From Callorhinchus milii (Eukaryota), in assembly GCF_018977255.1 (NCBI RefSeq), contig NW_024704742.1, positions 53,570,001 to 53,634,000 on the forward strand: a stretch of DNA of 64,000 nucleotides. Reading direction: 5' to 3'. Below, in pieces: positions 25,166 through 39,035 of the stretch (position 1 is the stretch's first letter; every line of letters begins with the position of its first letter). Under the pieces are notes generated by a model, which was not told the origin of the DNA, did not search any database, and saw nothing but the letters and a program-made list of their open reading frames with translations. The position numbers and the translations under genes are program-made.

Positions 25166-27311
25166 TCATAAATATACGTAAACTAAAGTACTATGTTGAA
25201 TTCATACATGAAGTACAAACATTGGGGACTTTGTACCTGGGTTTCATATTGTCCTTACCCAGCTTACTTGCATCTTACTTACATGCAGATAGGCTGGATA
25301 TCAATCCGGAGAGGGAAGCCTTGTAACCTAACTCAAACTATGGAATCTGAGCTGAATCTATGCTGACTATAGCATTCCCCACCACTGATACATGTGCTGC
25401 GTACCTCAAAAGTAATATCAACAGATATGTTAGTACAGTTTAAGCAAAGGTAGGCCCAGAATTACATCACAGCATCATTTCAACCTTGTTTATTGCTTCC
25501 GGGCAACAGGCCTGCCACTCCACATTTTATTGGAGTCTATTTTAACTCCCTGTACTACCAAAATACAGACTCTGAACATGAAAGAATACATTTTGTGAGA
25601 GGCAAACGTGTAAGTGTTCCTGCCTGATTTTTTGTGTGTTTCTAACTGACAGGCAGAATTTTTTTTTGAAATTAGCAGCTCAAGGATGTGATAAGGCGCT
25701 ATGTTCTATATCAAATACAAGGATTATCATCTTTATTTGGCCTACTTTGCCTGTGAATTACTGTTTCCAGAATGTATGTGATGTTGGAGTGATTTACATT
25801 TATATCCAAATCTTGGAGTTTCCTTTGGCTCATTTGTGAAGTCCAGGACCAAGAAGTGAGATGGATTTGTGCTAAAAAGGGGAAGCGGCTACAAGGGGAG
25901 AGGGCTCTGGCCAACAATAACCAGTGCTATTGGCTTCATGATGGACATGTTTATTTGCTTAAGGTCCCCACATGAAATGAAGAAGGTATATACCATAGCT
26001 TCCAGCACCAGCTACCCAAATACCCACCTTCCATATAATCAGATTGCTGCTGACATCACTTTCTGTGTGTTGCAGAAATGCACACACTATGTGTAGGAAA
26101 CATTGCTGCTGTCATTTCCCACATGCACGCAATGCAGAGGAAGTGCCATTGTTGTCACTTGGTGAAGGAAGAGGTGTTAGCACTAACCTGACAACTTGGA
26201 ACGTGTGGCCATTCTTGTTTGCATTGAATAATTATTGAGTAGTTTGACTGCAGTTTCCAGTGATGTGATATTTATCTCATCAACAATGGCACATTATTAA
26301 ACCTAGAAGCATCAGCCATGCAAGATTGTTAAGCCAGGACTATCACTGACCCAAGCCCTTGCTGTCTGGCCTGCTCTTTCTATGGACACCAGGACTACGA
26401 ACCTTAGAGTGTGTGGAAGTTCAGAAGAAGGACAGTAGAATTGTTTCTGAGTCTGGCAGGTATCAAACTGTTTGTACTTTGCTGAATTCTTCCTAGAACC
26501 TTTCCAAAGCATTTCAAATCAGATCTCTCTCTCTCTCTGTCTCACTTTTTTATTTGTATTTATTGCAAGATGAAAGATGATGACTTCAGTCTGCATGAGG
26601 TAAGGTAAACATTATGTGTAACCTTAACAATATATATTTCTCTATCGCATCCACTCCTTTCCTCACCCCGTCCCCCTTTACCTCACATCCAAAATTCAAA
26701 CATGTTTTTTCATATAAGTATGTTGATTCATTCTAGGACTCCTGAATTATTTATTGTTTGCACGCATAAATTACAAGGCAGACATCTCAGCAGTGCAGAG
26801 AAAAAGAAAGAATAAATGTAAAAAGCTTTGCTTTGCCTTCAATGCAAGAAAAGTCCACATTTATTCATGAATCATGCTGCCATGTGGTTCAGATTTTGGT
26901 TTTAAAACAAATTATTCTTTTGCAAGTTGATTCCCATGGATTCCTAAATACATTCGGCCAACAGTGGTAACTATCCCTGTGAATTAAATAAATACATTTA
27001 TTCCATTAAACAGTATACATTTCAGCTAATGGTAATGACGGGATGGATATTAGCAATAAGATTGCTTGCTATATTATAGAATTCTTCATTAAGTGGAATC
27101 TATGTGGAACTGTTACATTTTCTTCATATTAAAGTACGCTGATCAGGCCAACATTTACATACTTATTCCACTCATGCAGTTTGCACTTCCATTTTCACAT
27201 GTCTCCTCCTGAACTGAAACCCACACAGTTTGCAGGAAACTAATGCTTTATGTGTGATCTGTTTATATTTCAAACTTGTTTTACACCATGAATACCAATA
27301 AAAGACTAAGG

Positions 27312-27479
27312 TCTAGATTTACTCTATTTTCTTTGCATTTCAATGCATGCAGAATTTTGCAAATTCTTAAATGTAAATTTAATTTTGAAGCTGGTTTTCG
27401 GTAAGATGGAATTTAAGAATTTGCCAAATTTCAAACAACAGCACACTTTGAGATGATAAGAAAATAAAGTAAATCTAGA
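27312..27479. mobile_element. Foldback/MITE-like palindromic element
   Basis: Outer arms tctagatttactctattttctt / aagaaaataaagtaaatctaga (21/22 complementary); inner arms aattttgcaaattcttaaat / atttaagaatttgccaaatt (19/20). Confidence 0.7.
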
Positions 27480-28664
27480 TACACATGAAATTTCTACCCC
27501 TTTAAACTTTACATAATACAGATTTGTGTAAGATTTTTATTGGGGAGGTGACCATTGGAGCAGTCAAAGAGGTAGGGCTTAAAGTGGGATTTAAAGACAG
27601 ATAAAGAGGGTACGAGGTATAGGAATTGAGGCATTGAGTTCCACAGTCATATCATATTAATATTACCCTTTCAATCACATTGTTTTGTAAATGTTGTTGG
27701 TGCAACCTTAGTGTGTTTCAGCTCAAGCTATGAATTTCTATCACTGTTTAGATATAAAGTAAAGAATTGGAATCGCATATCATATTCAAAGACGTGTGTG
27801 AGTAATAATTATAGTGCTTAAGTTTAACTACTCGCTTAATCTTATAATTAATTATTATGGCTCTAAGAACAGGAGGTAATTATCATCATTGTAAGATTTA
27901 ACTCCAGATTTAGTATGTTGTGACTTCAAAACAAAGTGTCTCTTTACCTACTTCAACAGGATAGGCTCATATTATCAAACTATAATAAACTCATTAAATA
28001 AACCTATTGGAAAATATGCAAAATACCAAAACACTTCGAACAAAGCACCATCATGATTGCCTCAAGACAAATACAATACAAGCATGAAGCAGTTTCAGTG
28101 TTTTAATCAGAATCATCCTATGAATTGTGGGAGAGATACCATGTATCAATGTAAACATAGAAAGCCAACAGAATGTTAGATATTGTCATACCTACCCAAC
28201 TTCACAAGAATTTGCTTCCATCATTGTACGATCCTATTTTGAGTGAGATACTAGTGACTATCCTATTTGGAGGGAAATAGGTAAACAGGGTCTCCTCAGG
28301 GCTGAAGGTGAAGTATCTGGTAACAGGATATTAGAATTGAATTGTCTTTCTGTGACAGTCTCAGTAGTCCAGTTCCTGACCCAGGTAGATCCACAGTATT
28401 CTAACTCACTGCTGATGACATACCAGTCAGACCAATCCCTGGGGGCAGGGATTCTTCCCTCTCAGTTTTGTTTAATCAAGTCTAAATACAAGGCCCCAAT
28501 AGGTAGATCCTATTTGCATAAATTTGCTAGATAGTGTTCCCAATAATAATAATAATAAAAACAAAATGCAAAATGTTGCAGATACTGAAACAAAACTGAA
28601 ACAAAAACAGAAGTCGCTGGGAATAATAATACTTGCATTTGTTATAGCACCTTAGATTGCACCT

Positions 28665-30680
28665 TGCTCAAATCTGATTTAACGGTCCACCAGCAGATCT
28701 GGCTGGAACACATAAACTTACTACTCCGCCCTCGCTTCCGCTAAATCGTCCTTCTATTCCAAGATAATCTTGGAGGCCAAGGACAACCCCAGACTTCTCT
28801 TCCACATTATCAACCGTCTCCTCTGTCCATCCTCTCATGCCTCGCCCATCCTTTCCTCCAACTCCAACCGCAAGGAGATGCTGGATTTCCTTGAAACCAA
28901 AATCGACGGGATCCATTCAGCCATCTCTGTCCTCTCAACAGTCACCCCCTCCCCATCTCACCCTCAAACTCTGGCCCCTACCCATCCCTCCCTCCACATC
29001 TTCGAATCGGTCTCCCCCTCCTCTCACCACCACTATAACCTGCATGAAGCCCACCACCTGCTCCCTTGACCCCATCCCTACCCCTCTCCTTACCTCCTAG
29101 CTCCAACTCTTTGCCCCTTTACTTGCAGACCTTTTACTCGCAGTCCTCTTGCTGTCAACTGGCACGATTCCCGCCAGCCTAAAAACAGCTGTATTTTTCA
29201 CCACTATCTTAAAAAAAACATCCTTGTCACTAACTACAGCCCCATCTCCAAACACCCTTTCCTTTCCAAGGTCCTTGAAAGAGTTGTTGCTTCCCAGCTT
29301 CACTCCTTACTCTCCTGCCGTTCACTTTACAAAACCCTTTAATCGGGTTTCCGTGCTGCCTACAGCATGGAAACAGCCCCAGTCAAAGTGACAAATGACA
29401 TTCTGTTCATCTTTTCATCTGTGACCAGGGCTCCCTCTGTCTCCTCATCCTCCTCGATCTCTCTGCTGCCTTTTGACACTGTGGACAACTCTATCCTCCT
29501 CCATTGCCTCTCCTCTCACCTCAACTTTCAAGATTCTGTCCTTGAATGATTCAGATCCTATCTCACCGGCTCCACTTTGTCTCCACAAATGACTTGTCCT
29601 CCAGCCCCTGCACCATCTCTTGTGGTGTTCCTCAGGGCTCTGTCCGCGGTCCCCTCCTCTTCAACCTGTACATGCTCTCTCTTGGTGACATCATCCATAG
29701 ACATAAAGTCAACTTCTACATGTATGCAGATGACCACAGCTCTATCTCTCTGCCTCCATCCTCGACTCCAGGACCACTGCTGTCCTGACAGACTGTCTGC
29801 CAGAGATCAAGTCCTGGATGAGAGCCAACTTTCTACAGTTGAACTTCAGCAAGACCAAGGCTCTCCTGATTGGCTCGCACCTGCGCCTCAGGCATTGGCA
29901 GCATCAGCATCCGCGGATGCACACTCCACCTCACTGAGCCAGTCAGGAACCTTGGCATCTTGTTCGACCCTCAACTGTCCTTTCTCTCTCACATCTGTGC
30001 CATGACCTGTTTTGCCTTCCCCCACTTCCGCAACATTGCTGACTCCGCCACTGCCTCACCCCTCAGGCCGCCAAAACCCTCATACGTGCCTCCATTACAT
30101 CCAGGCTTGAGTATGCCAGCACCCTGCTTGTCGGCCTCCCCAACTTTTCCCTCCACAAGCTGAAGATCATCCAGAACTCTGCAGTTTATGTCCTCTCCCG
30201 CACCAGGCTCCGTGACCCCATCACCCCCAGCCTTGCCCGGCTCCACTGGCTCCCCATCCCTTAGAGGATCGAGTTCAAAATTCTCGTCCTCACATAGCTC
30301 TCCATAGCCTTACCCTGTTCTACCTCTCCGACCTGCTAACCCCTTATCCAGTGTCCACTCCTTCCGCTCTCCATGTCCCCACCTGACCCACCGAACCATC
30401 GACGGGCAGCCCTTTAGCCTCTCTGCCCCCACCCGCTGGAACTCCATCCCAACTTCCCTTTGCCTCACTCCCTCCCTTGCTTCCTTCAAGGCACGATTGA
30501 AGACCCTCCTGTTTGACCGTGCCTTTGGCCACCCTCCTACCCTCTCTGCCTTTCAGCCTCTCTGATTCCAACCCCACCCCTTGCCCCGCACCCTGCTCGG
30601 GTTCTAATCCCTGACCTGTGCAGCACCTTGGAACGTCCTCCGGATGTGAAAGGCACTTTACAAATATCATTTTGTATTGT
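28665..30680 (+). mobile_element. L2 LINE, 5'-truncated ~2 kb, degenerate
   Basis: [65 protein letters not shown]-like motif, LHWLP; tail ggaacgtcctccggatgtgaaaggcac. Confidence 0.95.
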
Positions 30681-30694
30681 ATTAATACATCATT

Positions 30695-31013
30695 CAGACG
30701 TCTCAATGTGCTTCACAGAATATACTGCAAAGTAAATTCACTGTATATTTTGTGGGCAGAAGGCAGCAGCCAATTGCATACAGCAGTGTCCCACAAACAG
30801 TCCCGGATTGAGACACCAATTTTTTTTTAAGGGATTATTACTCATGGAAAGCGATTTGCCAATCGACTAACAACAAGTTACTACTCACTGCAGGGTAAAT
30901 GGAGGCATGTGGAGTAAGGAAATTTGCCTTATGTTTCGTCCCATGTGGGAGTCAAATCAGGTTCCTCTGGCCTGCAAGGTGAATGCGTTAACCATTACGC
31001 TACGGGACTCCAC
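30695..31013 (-). mobile_element. tRNA/CORE/Deu SINE, long subfamily, diverged
   Basis: Reverse consensus from tail remnant to ctccac. Confidence 0.85.
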
Positions 31014-31744
31014 ATAGTTTCAGTTGAATAAATTCCATCGCACACTCTGTAGTCACCAAATTTGGCTCTTCCCAATCTGCAACTCATGTTTTGCAGGATT
31101 AGGTGTAAGTGTCCCTCTGGGAAGAGAGTGTGCAGTCTATTCTAGGCACAGGGAAATATCCATGTGTAGATGGCAGTGCATATGTGGAACACTCAGTCTG
31201 GTTTGGATGCACTTAAATATGGTGATAGGTTTCTCATGTGTCAGACAACCAGCTGACCTAAAAAGAGCAGATGCTCTAGTGGCCTGCATTGAATTTATGT
31301 CAAAATGAAGCAGTCAGTCTCAGTTGATGGGCTTCTGTTTTAACCAGTTTAATGTAACTTATCGGAGAACAGTTGGTGTAATTTGGTAACAAAAATAGAT
31401 GCAGTAAATCTGCTGCCTGTTTGCAAATGTTCTCAAACAGTTTTAAATGCCACTCTGCCGCTGATTGCAACTAGTAAATGTAGCTTGGGAACAATTATCG
31501 AAATGCTTAAACTTTCAAAGCTTGCAGTTTCCAGTTGTATTTCTTGAGATTAGTTGTGACCTTTTCCTTTACTAACATTTTATCCCCCTAAGGTGCTTGT
31601 CTTCATTCAACAGGCATGCTGCTTTGCATCATTACGAACTGGAGATGGGCTGATTCAAATAGTGACAGCTACAACACAAACCAGTGTATGTAAATCGATA
31701 ATCGGTAGCTTTACAGTGTGTCCTTTGAAGTGCTTTGAGCTGTC

Positions 31745-32665
31745 CAACAACAAGACCAATAGCAGCAATTTGCATTTACATAGCGCCCCTCATGCAGGAT
31801 AGTATCCCAGAGTGCTTAACAGTGACGGAGCTCAACGCCGAGCAGGGGGGAGGTGACAGTGAAAGAGAAAGTTCTTCAGGTGCGATCTAAAGTTGGGGAA
31901 GAAAGGGCCAAGGCAGAGGGATAGAGGAAGAGAGTTCCAGTGTTTCAGGGCATAGTGGCTTAAAATGAGGCCACTGATAGTGGAACGAAGGGCACGAGCA
32001 ACATACAGAGGCCCGGAGCCAATCATGGGGCGGGTGGTAGGAGAGCGGGTAGTGGGTTGGGGAATAAGAAGGTTGGAGAGGTAGGGAGGTGCCAGGGTAT
32101 GAAGGGATTTCAAAACAAGTATTAGGATCTTGATCGATCCGTTCAGCAATAGAGAACCAGTGGAGCTTGGCTAGAACTGGTGTGATGGGGTTACGGAGTT
32201 TAGTACGGGTGATTATGCAGGTGTTGGAGTTTTGGATCAGCTGGATCCTGTGCATGGTGGAGCTGGGGAGATCGGCGAGGAGGAGGTGATAAACGCATGG
32301 ATGAGTGTTTCGGCTGTATCTGGGGTAAGGTACGGTCAGAGGCGGGCAATGTGGCAGAGGAGTTAGGTGATCCAGGTCAGGGACCGGATGTGGGGTAGGA
32401 AGGACCGCTGTGGGTCGAACTTGACGTCTAAGTTGCACACCGATTCGGTGAGTCTGAGGGATAGGCCATGGAGGTTGAGGAGGTCAGAGCCGCAGGATAA
32501 AAGAAGTCGATGGAAGTCAAGGAGTATGGCAAATTTCAGCTGTCATCACCATTGAAGTTTACGCTCATCCAGGCCCTGATGTCTGCCAGACAAGCCAACA
32601 GAACATCAGCAAACCTGGAGTCAAGGCTGGAGGAGGAGAAGTAGATTTGTGTGTCATCTGTAGAC
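31745..32665 (-). mobile_element. L2 LINE 3' fragment
   Basis: IQLIQNS...ITPVLAKLHWFSIAERID / KILILVLKSLHTLAPPYLSNLL; reverse tail at ~31745-31820. Confidence 0.88.
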
Positions 32666-33713
32666 ACAGATATATTAAAAAAAACTGTTGCATCCAGAAA
32701 GCTCTAAATTAAAAGCTGATTTCTCTCCTTTATCCTACGGTGTGGGTAAAATGTACATGCTCATACTGGAACACTTGACATTCCATGTAAATACATAATT
32801 TTGTTGTGGATTCAAAGCACATCCCTTGTATTTCATACCTTAAAGGCAGCTGTGCTTTTCTGAAGGATATTGTAGCCACAAGATATCAATCCATATTGCT
32901 GTGCTTTTGTTGGGTTTGGTGGAGAGTTAAGGTCCTTAGAGGCAGATTTCACCAGAACTTGTAAGTGAAAGCAATTCTTGCGAATACTTTTTTAAAGCTG
33001 AACTACCTCTGAAATGGATTTGCGCATTTAATCAAATTTTATAGATGCTTTTAAGACCTACAATGATGTTCTTGTGTTCCAGGCTTGCTTTCAGAACCTT
33101 CTGCTGTTCTGCCCTTGACCTTGTCTAACCCCCTGGGAATTATTCTACTACATTTTGCTCAATGAACCAAATTTATTGGCCTGTCCCTTATTCTTTCCCA
33201 TTGCAAAGTTCAGCAAATTTGTCACCTTGCCCATTTCAGTTGAAATTTATAAATGTAACTGCAACCTTTCGGGAATTATTGATAAACATGCGTAAAATTT
33301 GCCAACTCTAGCAGGCCAAGCAAAATAGTCCAGTTCATATTATTAAAGCTACTACATTTAAAAAATGGAGCAGAACAATTTCTCCTTTGACCTGCCTGTG
33401 TCATTTGTACTGTTGTGATAAATATAGCTATCTTTGTGTTGGAACCGAAAAGTTATGCAATGAAATTTATCCTGAAAGCTGCACCTTTCATCTTAATCTG
33501 ATATAAACTCTATCAAATAACATTATAGGCAATGGTCATTCTTGGGAATGGGTTTATTGAATTTACATGTGTTTGTGGAAAATGAGGACTCCCTCCACCA
33601 ACCTAGTAGTCTGTATAATTCAAAAGGGTTTCAGGTCACTTAATATGCAGATTTTATATAATTGCCATAGAAGAATTCTGAATATCAATAGAAAGCATTC
33701 TGGATCTGTACAA

Positions 33714-33776
33714 CATTCATTCATTCATTCATTCATTCATTCATTCATTCATTCATTCATTCATTCATTCATTCAT
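33714..33776. repeat. (CATT)n tetranucleotide microsatellite, ~15 perfect units
   Basis: Uninterrupted cattcatt run. Confidence 0.98.
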
Positions 33777-34340
33777 GAACACCATTATTTGTCCTTAATT
33801 AACTTTATGTTCCTCCTACACTTCTTGTTGGTTGGCTATTAGTTCTTGATGGCTGACTAATGTTATGTTATATCTCCTAGGATCCTCAAACACTACAAAT
33901 ACAGAATTGGTGTTTGAACTTACTTCATGGCTGTTGGGGATATGGCTGTGCACAGGGATGAGGAAGAAAGTACAATTTGTATCAAGTACACTGTAGTCTT
34001 GCTAGAAATTTGTTTTCAAGTTGTTCAATTCAGATTTTTACCCAAAATATCAAACCCTATATTTCTTCAGTCTGGCTCTGCCCTGAAAATAGTTATCATG
34101 ATTGCAGCTTTTCAAACTTTTTGTGTTCGAACACACTTACATTACAGCTTTTTCACACAGTTCTCAGTCCAGTTCTGTTAAGTGAAGAGGTGTAAAATAA
34201 CATTAATTGTCTATCATATTTACTCATCTATGATCTTTTCTCATTTTCCACAAAACAATAACTGGGAAATACAGTTACTCCAACACAGATGTTGAAAGAC
34301 ATTAGGAGGATTAATCCTTTTAACCAAAAAACGGTAGATT

Positions 34341-34718
34341 GTGGAATTCTGTGGATAGTGGTTAGAGCACTCTCCTCACTAGTGAGGAGACCTGGATTTG
34401 ATTCCCAGGCGGGCAGAAATGTTAGCCAAGTTTCCTTATTCCACATGTCTGTTTACCTAACAGTAAGTAGGAATTCATTTGTTAGTCAGTTGGTGGATTG
34501 CTTTTCTGGGGGTAATAATCACTTCAAAACATTTTTTTAAATAATAATTTGGTCACTCAATCCACGACTGTTTGTGGGACACTGCTGTGCACAATTGGCT
34601 GTAGAGTTTCGCCCACAAAATATACGGTCAATTCACTTTACAGTCTATTCTGTGAAGGCTTTGAGATGTTTCAAAGATATGATAAGGCATTATACCAAAT
34701 GCAAGAATTATTATTATT
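34341..34718 (+). mobile_element. tRNA/CORE/Deu SINE, long subfamily, full length
   Basis: Head, long-form segment, body, tail and (TTA)n. Confidence 0.9.
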
Positions 34719-35029
34719 ACATGTATGATACAGTAGAAAGCCAAGTGCTCTGAGAAAGCCAAGCTACCCTGCGTGGAGGGTGCTGTATAAGTGCAAGTTG
34801 CTGTTGTTGTTGAAAGTCATTCGGTTCATTTTGCATGTTGGTATACGCTTCTCCAAGAAGCCATCTATCTTAATCCCAATTCCCTGCTCTATCCACATAC
34901 CCTTTATAGACTCATGGAATTGTACAGCACAAAAAGAGGCCATTCGGCCCATCGAGTCTGTGCCGGCTCTTTGAAAAGAGCAATTTGATATCAATTCCAC
35001 TCCCCAACCCTTTTCCCATAACCCTGCAG

Positions 35030-37935
35030 ACCTGTCCCCTCAAATACCCATCCACCGCATTTTTAAAAGTTGTTATCGAATTGGCCTTGACCACCCTTTC
35101 AGGCAATGCGTTCCAGATTCAAACAACTCGTTGCGTGAAAAAATTTCTTCTCACCTCTCCTCTGCTTCTTTTAGAGACTATTTTAAATCTGTGATCTCAA
35201 GTCACCGACACACCCACCAGTGGAAACAGTTTTTCCCTTTCTAACCTATCAAATCCCCTCATAATTTTGATGACCTCTATGAGGTCTCCTCGTAACCTTC
35301 TCTTCTCCAATGAGAATAATCCTAGTCTCTCTAGCCTTTCCTCATAATCAAGGTCCCTCATTCCTGGTACCATCCTCGTAAATTTCCTCTGCACCCTTCC
35401 CAATGCCTTAACATCCTTCCTATAGTGTGGTGCCCAGAACTGGATGCAATATTCTAACTGAGGCCTAACCAGTGTTTTATATAGGTTAACCATAATCTCT
35501 TGACTCTTGTACTCTATTCCCCTATATATAAAGCCTAGTATCACATGTGCCCTTTTTACAGCTTTATCTACCTGTCCTGATACCTTCAAGGATTAATTTA
35601 CCTGCACCCCCAGGTCGCTCTGTTCTTTCACCTCCCCTTAAGATTGTATTACCAGCCTATATTGCCTGCCCTCATTCTTTCTTCCAAAGTGCATTACCTC
35701 GCATTTCTCCACATTGAAATTCATCTGCCATGTGTCTGCCCATTTTACCATTCTGTCTATGTCTTCCTGCAGTTGGCAACTATCCTTCTCACTGTTTATC
35801 ACCCTACCTAACTTTGTGTCGTCCGCAAACTTGGAAATGGTACTTGCTATACCCAAGTCCAGGTCATTTATGTATATTGAGAAGAGCAGTGGTCCTAATA
35901 CCGATCCCTGGGGAACGCCACTGTACACTTCCCTCCAGTCAGAAAAGCAGCCGTTCACCACAACTCTCTGCTTTCTGTCTCCCAGCCAGTTCTGGATCCA
36001 TGCTGCCACTGTTCCTTTTATACCATGGGCTTCTATCTTTCTTACAAGTCTTTCATGTGGCACTTTGTCAAATGCTTTTTGAAAGTCCATATAAACTACA
36101 TCAAATGCACTATCTTTATCCATCCTCTCCGTTACCTCATCCAAAAATTCTATTAGATTTGTTAGACAAGATTTGCCTTTAACAAATCTGTGTTGGCTGT
36201 CCCTAATTAACCCATATTCTTCTAAGTGAAGATTTAATCTGTCCCGGATTATAGTGTCCAGGAGTTTCCCCACTACTGATGTTGGGCTGACTGGCCTGTA
36301 GTTCCCAGGTTTGTCCTTCTGTCCCTTTTTGTACAGGGGAATCACATTGGCCACTCTCCAGTCCTCTGGCACCATCCCTGTGTCCAACGAAGATTGAAGA
36401 ATTATAGCCAAAGCCTCCGCTATTTGTACCCTTGCCTCCTATAGTAACCTTGGCTGTATCCTGTCTGGACTGGTCAACTTATCTACCTTCAGCCCAGTCA
36501 ACCTTTTCAGTACTTCCTCTCTGTTTATACTTATCCTATCCATTTCCTCTACCCTCTCCTCCGATACTGCGGCATTTGGTGCATCCACTTATTTTGTGAG
36601 GACAGATGCAAAGTACTCATTCAGTAAATCAGCCATGCCCTCTGCCTCCACAATAAGATTTCCGCCTTGGTCCTTAATTGGCCCCACCCTACCTTTGACT
36701 AACCTTTTTTTCTTGATATGTTTGTAAAATATTTTAGAATTCCCTTTAATGTTACCTGCTAACCTTTTGTTTGTATAATCTTTTTGACCCTCTTATTTCC
36801 TTTTTCAAACCTCTTCTGCACTTCCTATATTCTATTTGGTTGTCTTCTGTATCTTGGGTTTGACATTTGTCATATGCCTCCTTTTTCTGCTTCATTCTAG
36901 ATACAATTACCTTCGTAATCCAGGGAGGTTTGGATGCCCTACTTTTCTCTTTTGTGGGAATGTATTTATTCTGTCCCTGAGCTATCTCATCCTTGAAGAC
37001 TTCCCACTGCTCCTTAGTTGTTTTACCTGCCAATCTTTATTTCCAGTTCACCTTGGCTAGGTCCCTTTTTAACTCACTGAAATTTGCCCTCTTCCAGTTG
37101 AGTATCATCACCTTAGATGGTTCCTTGTCTCTTTCCATATGCACTCTGAATCTAATGATGTTATATGATCACTATTGCCCAGATGCTCTGCCACTGAAAC
37201 CTGCTCAACTTGCCCAACTTCATTTACCCAACTTGCCCCAGAACTAGATCCAGCACTGCTTCCTTCCTCGTTAGGCTGGAAACATACTGATCAAGAAAGT
37301 TGTCCTGTATGCATTTTAAGAATCTTTCCCCATCCTTGCCCTTTGCGCTGTCGTTTTGCCAGTCTATGAAGTCCCTCATTATTACGACTCTATTGGCCTT
37401 GCATCTGTCTGAGATCTGCTTGCAGATCTGCTCATCTATTTCCTTCCCATTATTTGGTGGTTTATAGTATACCCCTACTAGCGTAACAGCTCCTTTTCTG
37501 TTCCTTAACTCTAACCAGATAGATACCGTTTTGGGGCCCTCCAGCACCTCGACCCTTTCCACGGCTATAACCGTATCCTTGATCAACATTGCCACATCCC
37601 CTCCTTTTTTTCCTTCCCTATCCCTCCTGAATACATTATAGCCAGGAATATTCAGCCCCCATTACTGTCCTTGTTTGAGCCAAGTCTCTGCAAGCGTTCC
37701 TTCACCCCCGCTCTTAACTCTCTACCCCCTCCTCGCTCCCTCCCTTCCCTCCCCCTGACCATTTCCCCCTACTCGGGTCCGAACCGAACTGTCCAGTGCC
37801 TTGGAACATCCTCCTGACATGAAAAGCGCTCTATAAATGCAATCATGTTGTTGTTGTTGTTTCCCCCTATGACCACTTGAGCCTGCAGCTCACCAATCTT
37901 GTTTGCTAAACTGCATGCATTTAGGCACATGCACT
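35030..37935 (-). pseudogene. CR1 ORF2 (endonuclease + reverse transcriptase), frameshifted
   Basis: LNACSL.NK, ETWL, GVYYKPP, LDLVL (APE); [46 protein letters not shown] (RT); LVRPQLEYC.QFWAP. Confidence 0.93.
37692..37861 (+). mobile_element. L2 3' tail inserted antisense into the CR1 endonuclease domain
   Basis: C-rich UTR, cagtgccttggaacatcctcctgacatgaaaagcgc, (TTG)n; very similar to 48700-48870. Confidence 0.9.
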
Positions 37936-38028
37936 CAAAGACCGACTTGACCTGTTCTGCACTTCCCCCCTGTTTTATTTCTCCATTTTCTAGCTCTTCG
38001 TTTTTTGCATTCCCTTCCCCCCTCAAAA

Positions 38029-39035
38029 CTAATTTAAACCCTCCCCAACAGCATTAGTTAGCCTGTCTGCAAGGATATTCGCACCAGTCCTGTTTAGGTG
38101 TAACCCGTCCATATGGTACAGGTCCCACCTATCCCAGAACTGGTCCCAATGATCCAGAAACCTGAAGCCCTCTTTTCTGGACCATTTTGCCAGCCAAACA
38201 TTCATATGCTTGATCCTGCCATTATGGTACTTATTTACCCAAGGCACAGGGAGTACAGAGATCACCACCTTGGATGTTCAATTCTTTAGTTTGTTCCCCA
38301 GCTTTTGATATTCACCCTGTAGCATCTCAGCCCTTTTTTTTTACCAATATCATAGATCCCAACCTCGACCACCACTTCTAGATGTTCCCCTTCCCCATGA
38401 AGAATTTTATCCACCCGTTCCGTGATGTCTAAGACTGTTGCACCAGGGAGGCAACATATCATCCTTGACTCCCGTCTTCTATTACAGAAACGTCTGTCTA
38501 TACCTCTCACTGTTGTATCCCCTATGACAACAGTACTGCACCTGTTATCTATGTCCCCCTGTTCAACCAACCAGTTTTTACTGTCCTCCCTGGAGATATC
38601 AACACTCTCAATGTTCAGTACAGAGTACCGGTTTGAGAGTGCTACACTATTGAGGGCATTCTGCCCAGCCCATCCCCTCTTCCTACCGTGCCAGACAGTC
38701 ACCCAGTCATTTTCCGTCTGAACCCTCAGTGTGTGGGGTGGGGTGACCACCTCCTGAAGTGTCTAGTCCATCAAATCCTCACATCCGTTGTACAAGTTTG
38801 AAGCCGAAGGCTCCATCACCTCTCTCTCAGGGGTCCCATTATCTGCAGGACTGATAAAACTATCCTGTCCCTGAGCATTAACCAGATGCAAGTATCTCCC
38901 GAGCCTCAGGGGAGTGATGGTTTCCTCTCTCATACTGTCCAGGAACCTCTCACTGTCCCTGATGGAGCACAGTGTCTGCACCTCAGCTTCCAGCTCAGCT
39001 ACTCTCAGCTGGAGCTTCCTGAGTTGCAGACACTC
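38029..39035 (-). pseudogene. CR1 ORF1 (coiled coil + SGNH/GDSL-like esterase), disrupted
   Basis: LQLRVAELEAEVQTL coiled coil; VVIGDT, CLPGA, VVVEVG..DIG and DGLHLNRTG blocks. Confidence 0.88.

Larger units (their letters stand above)
34907..39035 (-). mobile_element. CR1 LINE, nearly full length, degenerate (ORF1 esterase + ORF2 APE-RT)
   Basis: Colinear ORF1 and ORF2 remnants plus 3' UTR gggccgaatggcctctttttgtgctgtac; several frameshifts; L2 tail inserted at ~37692-37861. Confidence 0.96.
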
